A stretch of 14,687 bases of DNA from contig JARRRI010000042.1 of assembly GCA_037380845.1 (NCBI GenBank), positions 1 through 14,687 on the forward strand, in the 5' to 3' direction. Shown here piece by piece: positions 1-6,857 of this stretch (within the stretch, counting starts at the first letter, position 1; each line of letters begins with the position of its first letter). Made by a program: the position numbers and the translations under genes. The DNA comes from Candidatus Sulfobium sp. GTDB lineage: Bacteria > Nitrospirota > Thermodesulfovibrionia > Thermodesulfovibrionales > UBA6898. A model generated the notes under the pieces. The model ran no database searches, had not been told where the DNA came from, and worked only from the letters and a program-made list of their open reading frames with translations.

Positions 1-915
1 GCCGGCGCCTTCGAAGGTCCTCTACAGGTAAACAACCAGTTTCCTCTCTTTCTGACCGTGGATTCGCCGCGTCTGGAAACAGCGACTACCGGGACATCCT
101 TTGCCGCAGCCTTTTCCTATTCGAGTGTATACATGGTGCATCATTCAGATTCATGGACGGTAAACCTCGATATGGAGGTGGCCGACCTGGATCTGAGATA
201 CAGAAAAAACTTCCCGGGCCTCTTCGAACTCGGGATAGAAGTCCCGGTTCTGAGCTTCTCCAGCGGCTTCATGGACGGTTTCCTGGAAAGCTATCACAGC
301 ACCTTCGGTTTCGGCGATTACGGCAGAAGCAACAGACCTGAGAACGAGTTTCTTTACGAAGTCCGCCATAACGGCGAGACAGTCATCAGGGGGAGGAACG
401 GGAGGATCGGTATAGGAGACATCAGGTTGTGGGCCAAGAGAGAGATCTTGACCGGAGACCCTGTGGTCAGTTTAAGGGTGGATGTGGAACTGCCGACAGG
501 GGACGCATCCAGCGGTTTCGGGAGCGGGGGGTTCGATACCGGCGTTGCATGCCTTGTGAACAAGAAGATCAGCGAAAAATTCATGTCTTACCTGAATATC
601 GGAGTCGTCTTTCCCGGAAATCTGAGAGCTGTAGATACCGTTGACCTGGAGACGTTCCCGTACGGAGGGGCCGGCATTGAAGCAGGCCCCTGGGGAAATT
701 TCAGTTTTCTCGGTCAGATACTCTTTCAGGGCTCACCTTATCCTGATACCTCGATTTCCCAGATCGACAGGACGGCGGCCCTTTTGTCCTTCGGTGCACG
801 TTACAGGACAGGAAAGAACAGCCTCGAGTTCTCCTTCACGGAGGACCCAAGCACATCTGGCGCGCCTGACTTTACGCTGAACCTTTCGTACAGAAGGAGT
901 TTTCCGATAGACTAG
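1..915 (+). CDS. DUF3187-family probable outer-membrane beta-barrel protein, 5'-truncated by the window edge
   Basis: Frame 1 is open from base 1 (AGAFEGPLQVNNQFPLFLTVDSPRLE...), so the true start is upstream of the window. It has an N-terminal GPLxxxNQxP motif, G-x-GDI and LPTGD motifs, and alternating beta-strand patterns ending in DFTLNLSYRRSF. Family assigned by motif recognition. Confidence 0.7.
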   Translation, partial: AGAFEGPLQVNNQFPLFLTVDSPRLETATTGTSFAAAFSYSSVYMVHHSDSWTVNLDMEVADLDLRYRKNFPGLFELGIEVPVLSFSSGFMDGFLESYHSTFGFGDYGRSNRPENEFLYEVRHNGETVIRGRNGRIGIGDIRLWAKREILTGDPVVSLRVDVELPTGDASSGFGSGGFDTGVACLVNKKISEKFMSYLNIGVVFPGNLRAVDTVDLETFPYGGAGIEAGPWGNFSFLGQILFQGSPYPDTSISQIDRTAALLSFGARYRTGKNSLEFSFTEDPSTSGAPDFTLNLSYRRSFPID

Positions 916-1059
916 AAGATTGCTGAAAAAAGTATCATGACTTTCTTGAATGCCGTCATACCCTCGGAGGCAGGTATCCAAACTGCCCGGAATACCTGGA
1001 TTCCCGTCTGCACGTAAATGGCAAAAAGGCTGAAAGCATCTTTTTCAGCAGCCTGCCAG
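912..1059. mobile_element. Degenerate non-autonomous MITE-like element with terminal inverted repeats enclosing a REP-like doublet
   Basis: Left end ctagaagattgctgaaaaaa (912-931) versus the reverse complement of the right end ctggcaggctgctgaaaaag (1040-1059): 15/20 identical, with a perfect 10-bp core tgctgaaaaa/tttttcagca. There is no coding capacity. Confidence 0.55.
955..1022. repeat. Two inverted REP-like units of the GTCATTCCCGCG-N-AGGCGGGAATCCA type
   Basis: gtcataccctcggaggcaggtatcca (955-980) and tggattcccgtctgcacgtaaatggc (997-1022) are head-to-head degenerate copies of one 26-mer palindromic unit. Confidence 0.65.
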
Positions 1060-1172
1060 AACTATCTCAGAGGCCCGTTTCTGCAATTTCAAATTAGGCC
1101 AGGATCGGAAGGGTGTTTTAAATCGGTTCGTCGAGCAGCGAAATAATGCCTCTAACTATTGGTCACAAGATT

Positions 1173-1181
1173 TGATATACT
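1173..1181 (+). promoter_or_regulatory. Extended -10 promoter (TG-a-TATACT) for the histone-like gene
   Basis: tgatatact lies about 60 nt upstream of the ATG at 1243. A strong SD (aggaggtg) precedes the start. Confidence 0.5.
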
Positions 1182-1242
1182 TTTGCCAGGAAGCCCACTA
1201 CTACAGGTCAGTCCCGGGGATTGACGGGAGAGGAGGTGAAGA

Positions 1243-1536
1243 ATGGCAATACGGAAGACGGCAGCCAAAAAGCCGGCTGCAAAGAAGGCTGCTCCCAGGA
1301 AAACGACGGCGAAAAAAACGGCCGCCAGGGCAAAGACCGCAGCGAAGACCGCTCCTCGCAAGACGGCCGCAAAGAAGACCGTAAAGAGGAGCAGGAAGAA
1401 AGCCGCCGGCGTCACTGAAGGCGACAGGTACGTGTGCAGCGTTTGCGGGCTAAGCGTAACCGTCGACGAAGTATGCGGGTGCGTCGACACCTGTGACATT
1501 ATCTGTTGCGGGCAGCAAATGCAGCCAAAGCGATAG
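1243..1536 (+). CDS. Histone H1/Hc2-like basic repeat protein fused to a desulforedoxin-like Cys-rich metal-binding domain
   Basis: Strong SD aggaggtg. Residues 1-56 are (T/P)AAKK-type pentapeptide repeats with 16 Lys, 6 Arg and no acidic residue. The C-terminus EGDRYVCSVCGLSVTVDEVCGCVDTCDIICCGQQM matches the desulforedoxin pattern EGDxYxCxxCG...CCGxxM, with three extra Cys. Confidence 0.8.
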   Translation: MAIRKTAAKKPAAKKAAPRKTTAKKTAARAKTAAKTAPRKTAAKKTVKRSRKKAAGVTEGDRYVCSVCGLSVTVDEVCGCVDTCDIICCGQQMQPKR

Positions 1537-1569
1537 CACTGAAACAACCATAAGACTGCAAGGACCAAC

Positions 1570-1606
1570 AAAAAAGCCCTGCCGGAGTCCGATTCCGGCA
1601 GGGCTT
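1570..1606 (-). terminator. Intrinsic terminator between the convergent histone-like gene and gspG (possibly bidirectional)
   Basis: Perfect 13-bp inverted repeat aagccctgccgga/tccggcagggctt (1574-1586/1594-1606). The A6 run at 1570-1575 gives a U-tract on the minus strand. Confidence 0.8.
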
Positions 1607-1673
1607 ATACATAAAAAACTCCCGGGAAAAGCAGTTATTTCGGTTTTAACGCGCTTCCAGCAATCGGAATGCG

Positions 1674-2108
1674 CTATTCCCAGCTATTGATGTCTTTATT
1701 TTCTCCGTCACCGCCGGGGGCGCCGTCCAGTCCGTAAGTGAGAAGATCGTAGTCGCCATGGTTCCCAGGACTCGTATACTGATAGGGCCTGTTCCACGGA
1801 TCGTTCGGTACCCCCTTCTTAAGATAAGGTCCGTCCCAGCCGTCTATACCGGGATCCACCACCAGGGCTTGCAGCCCTTCGGCTGTACTTGGATATCTGC
1901 CAGTATCGAGCCTGAAAGAATCAAGCGCCTGTCCGAACAACTCTATCTGCGTCTTTGCAGCGGCCGCCTTCCCTTTCCCAACCTTGCTGAAGAGGGTCGG
2001 TCCTACAAGGGCGGCAAGCAATCCGAGAATTACCATGACTACCAGGAGTTCAATAAGGGTGAAGCCCCCTTTCCCCCTGAACCGCTTATGTCTTTCCATA
2101 TTCTCCAT
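1674..2108 (-). CDS. gspG: Type II secretion system major pseudopilin GspG
   Basis: Prepilin cleavage motif G|FTLIELLVVMVILGLLAALVGP, followed by ALDSFRLDTGRYP, GLQALV, WDGPYL, DPWNRPYQY and YGLDGAPGGDGENKDI. The start is moved to MENM (2108), which follows a GGAGG. The ATG at 2099 is an alternative. Confidence 0.93.
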   Translation of the reverse strand: MENMERHKRFRGKGGFTLIELLVVMVILGLLAALVGPTLFSKVGKGKAAAAKTQIELFGQALDSFRLDTGRYPSTAEGLQALVVDPGIDGWDGPYLKKGVPNDPWNRPYQYTSPGNHGDYDLLTYGLDGAPGGDGENKDINSWE

Positions 2109-2161
2109 CCATCCTCCGGTACCCGGAAAACTTGTTCCGGGAATTAAAAACAATCTCAATT

Positions 2162-2191
2162 ATTTTATCACAGGCCCGAAAACAGCGTCAA
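2162..2191 (-). promoter_or_regulatory. Sigma70-type promoter for gspG (TTGACG-18-TAAAAT, with extended TG)
   Basis: On the minus strand: ttgacg (2191-2186), an 18-nt spacer, then tg-a-taaaat (2170-2162). Confidence 0.55.
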
Positions 2192-2219
2192 ACAGCACGC
2201 CGCCGTCTTCCTCAAGGTC

Positions 2220-2248
2220 TTTACTATTTACCTGCGAGATGATAAAAT
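2220..2248 (+). promoter_or_regulatory. Sigma70-type promoter for radC (TTTACT-17-TAAAAT, with extended TG)
   Basis: tttact (2220-2225), a 17-nt spacer, then tg-a-taaaat (2240-2248). The ATG is only 9 nt downstream and there is no SD. Confidence 0.5.
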
Positions 2249-2257
2249 CCTTTACCC

Positions 2258-2950
2258 ATGGCATACAAAAGCATAAAACACTGGCCTGAGGACGAACGAC
2301 CCCGGGAAAGATTGCTGGCCCGCGGACCCGGAGCCCTGTCCGATGCGCAGCTGATCGCGATTGTGCTCAGAACAGGGGGAGGCGGACGCAGTGCCCTGGA
2401 CATTGCCATGGAACTGCTTGGTACCTTCGGCACTATGAAGAATCTGGAGAGAGCGTCGGCTTCGGAATTCTGTAGCCTGAAGGGCATGGGCGAGGCCAAA
2501 GCTTCACAACTGAAGGCGGCGCTGGAACTCGGACGGAGAATGTTCAGGGAACCCCGTGCCAAGGGCCCGGCTTTTTCTACCGGACGGGACGTCTACGCCT
2601 ATTTTCACCCGCTTTTCAGGAACCTCGACAAGGAAGTTTTCCACTGTGCGATGCTCGACGTCAAGAACAGGCTGATCGGGGACCGGCGCATATCCGAGGG
2701 CACACTCACGTCTTCTCTTGTGCACCCCCGGGAGGCGTTCAGAGAGGCAATAAGAGAGTCGGCGGCGGCGGTAATTTTCGTGCACAACCATCCCAGTGGA
2801 GACCCTGATCCGAGCAGGGAAGACATACTACTGACCGAGAGGTTGGACACCGCCGGCGAGACAGTGGGCATAAGAGTGCTCGACCACGTTATCGTGGGCG
2901 ACGGAAGTTACTCAAGCATGCTTGAGAAGGGTTATTTGTCCGGAAAATAA
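2258..2950 (+). CDS. radC: RadC-family JAB-domain protein (UPF0758)
   Basis: N-terminal WPEDERPRERLL...GALSDAQLIAIVLRTG, a helix-hairpin-helix-like KGMGEAKA, and the JAB motif VHPRE...HNHPSGDPDPSREDI...VLDHVIVG. Confidence 0.95.
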   Translation: MAYKSIKHWPEDERPRERLLARGPGALSDAQLIAIVLRTGGGGRSALDIAMELLGTFGTMKNLERASASEFCSLKGMGEAKASQLKAALELGRRMFREPRAKGPAFSTGRDVYAYFHPLFRNLDKEVFHCAMLDVKNRLIGDRRISEGTLTSSLVHPREAFREAIRESAAAVIFVHNHPSGDPDPSREDILLTERLDTAGETVGIRVLDHVIVGDGSYSSMLEKGYLSGK

Positions 2951-3038
2951 AGTATAATAAAAATCCCCGGTTCCCCGGGCCGGGAGGGCTGGTGAAGCAT
3001 TTTCGGATCTCTAAGACGAACAGAGAGGGAAAGTCCGG

Positions 3039-4322
3039 ATGAAGGTACTGATTATAGGCGGCGGCGGCAGGGAGCATGCGATCGCATGGAAGCTTTCCCT
3101 GAGCCGTTCGGTAGACAAGATTTACTGCTGCCCCGGCAACGCGGGCATCGCGGAAGTTGCCGAGTGCATAGACATCGCCCCGGACGACTTCGACTCGCTC
3201 GTTGATTTTGTCAAGTACGAATGGATCGACTTGACAGTGGTGGGGCCTGAAGACCCGCTTTCCAGAGGCATTGTCGACCGGTTTGAAAAAGAAGGCAGGA
3301 GGATACTGGGACCGACAAAGGCCGCTGCCCGTCTTGAATCGAGCAAGGTCTTCTCAAAGGACCTGATGAAGTCTCACGGCATACCCACCGCTGAATACAG
3401 GGTCTTCACCTCCTACGTCCATGCGGAAGAATATGTAAAGTTCAAGGGGGCACCTATAGTGGTAAAAGCCGACGGCCTGGCGGCCGGAAAAGGCGTATTT
3501 GTAGCCTCCACGGTAGAAGAAGCCATGGACGCCCTGAAACGCATCATGAAAGACAGGGTATTCGGCGATGCGGGAGACCGGGTAATAGTGGAGGAATGTC
3601 TCCGCGGTGAGGAAGCGTCTTTCATGGTGTTTACCGACGGCAAAACCGTCGTTCCGATGGTAAGTTCCCAGGACCACAAGCGTGTCTTTGACGGTGACAA
3701 GGGGCCGAACACCGGCGGCATGGGCGCTTACAGTCCGGCACCCGTGGTAACCGGGGACATGGAGAAGAAAGTGATGGAAAGAGTCATGAAGCCGACCCTC
3801 AGGGCACTGAAAGGCGAAGGGATAGAATACAAGGGGATCCTTTATGCCGGCCTCATGATAGATAAAGGCATTCCCTATGTACTTGAATTCAATTGCCGTC
3901 TCGGGGACCCGGAAACCCAGCCTGTATTGTCGCGCCTGAGGAGCGATTTCATGGATATTGCCATGGCCATTGTCGACGGGAAACTGTCGGATGTCGCCGT
4001 AGAGTGGAACAGTGACCCCGCCGTCTGCGTCGTGATATCCTCGGCAGGCTACCCCGGTAAATACAGGAAAGGCGACGTAATAAAGGGCATCGGTGGTGCG
4101 AACAAGGTCGCCGGAGTACACGTATTTCATGCAGGCACCTCATTCAACGACGGAAGCATCGTAACCTCCGGAGGGAGGGTCCTGGGTGTAACCGCTACGG
4201 GGGAAGATATCGCCGCCGCCAGGCAGAAGGCATACCACGCGGTGGGGAAGATACATTTCGAGGGCATGCATTACAGGAAAGACATAGCCGACAAGGCACT
4301 GAAAAGAGAGAAAGCCTTATGA
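3039..4322 (+). CDS. purD: Phosphoribosylamine--glycine ligase
   Basis: Motifs MKVLIIGGGGREHA, VVGPEDPL, VVKADGLAAGKGV, QDHKRVFDGDKGPNTGGMGAYSP, LEFNCRLGDPETQ, FHAGT and TSGGRVL. Confidence 0.98.
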   Translation: MKVLIIGGGGREHAIAWKLSLSRSVDKIYCCPGNAGIAEVAECIDIAPDDFDSLVDFVKYEWIDLTVVGPEDPLSRGIVDRFEKEGRRILGPTKAAARLESSKVFSKDLMKSHGIPTAEYRVFTSYVHAEEYVKFKGAPIVVKADGLAAGKGVFVASTVEEAMDALKRIMKDRVFGDAGDRVIVEECLRGEEASFMVFTDGKTVVPMVSSQDHKRVFDGDKGPNTGGMGAYSPAPVVTGDMEKKVMERVMKPTLRALKGEGIEYKGILYAGLMIDKGIPYVLEFNCRLGDPETQPVLSRLRSDFMDIAMAIVDGKLSDVAVEWNSDPAVCVVISSAGYPGKYRKGDVIKGIGGANKVAGVHVFHAGTSFNDGSIVTSGGRVLGVTATGEDIAAARQKAYHAVGKIHFEGMHYRKDIADKALKREKAL

Positions 4323-4849
4323 AAAGGAAACCGAAACATTCCGGACCGAGGGTCCTGGTGGTAATGGGAAGCGATGCCGATCTGCCGGTAATGGAAGAAA
4401 CGGGACGGGTACTGGACTCCTTCGATATACCCTATGATATCACTGTTGCGTCCGCCCACAGAACGCCCGAAAGAACAATGAAGATCGTCAGCGAAGGCGA
4501 GAAGAACGGCATCGAAGTTATCATAGCGGGCGCCGGTATGGCGGCTCACCTCCCGGGCGTGATCGCATCGCATACCATACTGCCGGTTATCGGGGTACCA
4601 CTAACTTCCTCTCAGCTCAACGGAATGGACGCCCTCCTCAGCATCGTACAGATGCCGGCCGGAATTCCTGTCGCCACAGTCGCGCTCGGCAAGGCGGGTG
4701 CGAAAAACGCCGGTATACTCGCCGCCCAGATAATGGCAGGAAGAGACCCGAAAATAGCGCACAAACTCCTCGCCCACAGGAAGGCCATGGCTGCCGAGAT
4801 AGAGGAGAAGGCCGCCAGAATCACCAAGCGGAGTAATGCAGACTCATAA
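4319..4849 (+). CDS. purE: N5-CAIR mutase (class I PurE)
   Basis: Motifs MGSDADL, SAHRTPE, IIAGAGMAAHLPGVIA, PVIGVP and SIVQMPAGIPVATV. ATGA overlap with the purD stop. Confidence 0.97.
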   Translation: MKRKPKHSGPRVLVVMGSDADLPVMEETGRVLDSFDIPYDITVASAHRTPERTMKIVSEGEKNGIEVIIAGAGMAAHLPGVIASHTILPVIGVPLTSSQLNGMDALLSIVQMPAGIPVATVALGKAGAKNAGILAAQIMAGRDPKIAHKLLAHRKAMAAEIEEKAARITKRSNADS

Positions 4850-5693
4850 AGACTGTTTCCCCTGCTTTCTTAAACAGACGATAATGTCCCTGGACCGTTA
4901 TGCGGATTCCGGCACTGTTTCGCAGGAAACGCAAACGGACATAATGAAAGATGTGCTGCTTCTAATGGCGAAGGCCGATATTAACAGGCCTCCTTCCTAT
5001 ACGACTACCTATATACACAGACTGATAAGGGAGAGGCTGGGCGCCGACCCTTACCGCCTTATAAAGCTCAGATATAACGACCTCGCCATGGAGCTTTATC
5101 CGGCATTGAAAAAGAAGGTGAAGGCCGGCAGGGACCCGCTGCGTGCCGCATCGCGACTGGCCATAGCGGGCAACATAATCGATTTCGGCATATTCTCCTC
5201 CATTGACATAAGCGGCTCCATAGAAAGGGCTCTTGAAGAGGAAATCGCCGTCGACGATTACGGGACGTTCAGACATTCCTTGTCGGAGGCACGGGAGATC
5301 CTGTATCTCCTCGACAATTCGGGGGAAATCGTCTTTGACAGGCTTCTCATCGAGGAACTGGAGTGCCTGGGCAAGAAGGTCAAAGCAGTCGTAAAAGGCT
5401 CGCCCGTCCTGAACGACGCGACCCGAGACGACGCCATTCAGACAGACCTGACGAGCATTTGCGATGTCATCGACAACGGCTCAGACGCCGTCGGCACGAT
5501 TCTGGAATGGACCTCTCCCGAATTTCAGGACGAATTCCACGCTGCGGAACTCGTCATCAGCAAAGGCCAGGGCAACTTCGAAACCCTCGCCGGAACGGAA
5601 AAAGAGACATACTTCCTCTTTCAATCCAAGTGTGATGTGGTTTCTGGAGAACTGGGCCTTTCTCCCGGCTCGATGCTCCTTAAGAAATCCTGA
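4836..5693 (+). CDS. DUF89/ARMT1-like damage-control metal-dependent phosphatase
   Basis: N-terminal CxxC (CFPC) plus AGNIIDFG, YLLDNSGEIVFD, PVLNDAT, ISKGQGNFETL and KC motifs. Overlaps the purE 3' end by 14 nt. Confidence 0.9.
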   Translation: MQTHKDCFPCFLKQTIMSLDRYADSGTVSQETQTDIMKDVLLLMAKADINRPPSYTTTYIHRLIRERLGADPYRLIKLRYNDLAMELYPALKKKVKAGRDPLRAASRLAIAGNIIDFGIFSSIDISGSIERALEEEIAVDDYGTFRHSLSEAREILYLLDNSGEIVFDRLLIEELECLGKKVKAVVKGSPVLNDATRDDAIQTDLTSICDVIDNGSDAVGTILEWTSPEFQDEFHAAELVISKGQGNFETLAGTEKETYFLFQSKCDVVSGELGLSPGSMLLKKS

Positions 5694-5736
5694 ACTTTCC
5701 GGCTGGACGTTACGCTGTCAATAATATGATAGTCTG

Positions 5737-6042
5737 TTATCTCCCCGGTCTTCTTTCCGAGTGTCCCCTCCTGAAGCCGCCGTGTTCCCTGCGTTCCTGG
5801 GGCTTCGCTTCATTCACTACTATGGACCTGTCCATGAACGACTTTCCATTGAACATGGAAACCGCGTTCTGACTGTCCTCGTCCGACGCCATCTCAACAA
5901 AGCCGAACCCCCTGAGTCTTCCCGTTGCAGCGTCCTTGATCAGTTTGACGGACACCACTTCCCCCGCCTGCGCGAACAGGTCGCGGAGGTCATCCTCAGT
6001 CGCCTTGAAAGAGATGTTCCCTACATACAGTCTCGTACCCAT
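5737..6042 (-). CDS. RRM (RNP-1) RNA-binding protein
   Basis: RNP2 LYVGNI, RNP1 RGFGFVEM, VVNEAKP and an Arg/Gly-rich tail. SD aggagg. Confidence 0.95.
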   Translation of the reverse strand: MGTRLYVGNISFKATEDDLRDLFAQAGEVVSVKLIKDAATGRLRGFGFVEMASDEDSQNAVSMFNGKSFMDRSIVVNEAKPQERREHGGFRRGHSERRPGR

Positions 6043-6101
6043 GCTTCCTCCTAATAGATACGCCTTTCTTCCAGGACTGAAAGGCGTGACAGATTAGCCT
6101 A

Positions 6102-6130
6102 ACTATACTAATACCTATACGCTTTGTCAA
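6102..6130 (-). promoter_or_regulatory. Near-consensus sigma70 promoter for the RRM gene (TTGACA-17-TATAGT)
   Basis: On the minus strand: ttgaca (6130-6125), a 17-nt spacer, then tatagt (6107-6102). Confidence 0.75.
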
Positions 6131-6157
6131 GAAATAAATACGCTGACAGAAGCGGCT

Positions 6158-6186
6158 TTTCAAAGAAATCTGATCTGTGCTACCAT
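6158..6186 (+). promoter_or_regulatory. Probable extended -10 promoter for tsaC (TG-c-TACCAT)
   Basis: tgctaccat at 6178-6186 with a weak -35 tttcaa 17 nt upstream of the -10. The ATG is 8 nt downstream and there is no SD. Confidence 0.4.
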
Positions 6187-6194
6187 TGTGAAAA

Positions 6195-6857
6195 ATGGTC
6201 ACTTCGAAAGTCGCCCTTGCCGGAATTGAGAGAGCCCTGGCTGAAGCACGCCGGACTCTTGAAAGAGGAGGCGTAGTAGCCTTTCCGACGGAAACCTTTT
6301 ACGGGCTCGCAGTGCGATATGACGACAGGGAGGCGCTGCAGAGGCTTTACGAGTTGAAGCACCGCCCTGCAGACAAGGCGATGCCCCTGATCGCCGGCGA
6401 AAAGAAAACACTCCTTATGGTCGCCCTTCCCCTGAAGGCAGTCGCGGAGGAACTGGCGCAAATATTCTGGCCGGGACCGCTCACCATGCTGACCGCCGCA
6501 ACGGAAGGACTTTCCGGGTTCCTGACAGGGGGGACCACAAAGGTCGCGGTAAGGATACCGGGAGAATCGTTTGCGCTCCGTCTGGCCCGTTTTATGGGCA
6601 TTCCCCTTACCGCAACGAGCGCCAACATCTCGGGGCATCCGCCTGCCCAGAGTCCGGACAAAGTAGTCGAATATTTCGGCGGAAGAGTCGATCTCCTCGT
6701 TGACGAGGGCAGGACACCGGGTGGAAAGCCCTCGACGATCATAGACGTGACCGGTCCGGAAGTGCGCATAGTGAGGGAAGGAGCGATCTCCCGTGAAGAG
6801 ATATTGACTTCTTTACGCGGGCGTTCCGTCAGTGCCCGGCATAGGCGACCGTCATGA
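6195..6857 (+). CDS. tsaC: L-threonylcarbamoyladenylate synthase (TsaC/YrdC, without the Sua5 C-terminal domain)
   Basis: Motifs GGVVAFPTETFYGLA, LKHRP (KxR), FWPGPLT, VAVRIP, PLTATSANISG, PSTIID and REGAI. Confidence 0.95.
   Translation: MVTSKVALAGIERALAEARRTLERGGVVAFPTETFYGLAVRYDDREALQRLYELKHRPADKAMPLIAGEKKTLLMVALPLKAVAEELAQIFWPGPLTMLTAATEGLSGFLTGGTTKVAVRIPGESFALRLARFMGIPLTATSANISGHPPAQSPDKVVEYFGGRVDLLVDEGRTPGGKPSTIIDVTGPEVRIVREGAISREEILTSLRGRSVSARHRRPS

Noticed and set aside
1069..1153. agaggc...gcctct as the ends of a second MITE
   Set aside because: Only a 6-bp inverted match, with no supporting internal structure.
1152..1571. 139-aa hydrophobic minus-strand ORF
   Set aside because: It is the antisense of the Lys/Ala-rich gene, where Lys codons read as Phe/Leu. 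The plus strand has the SD and the recognisable domain.
3023..3038. GAGGGAAAGTCCGG resembling the RNase P RNA 5' motif
   Set aside because: It runs directly into the purD coding sequence, so there is no room for the rest of rnpB.
3354..4130. 258-aa minus-strand ORF
   Set aside because: It lies entirely antisense to purD.
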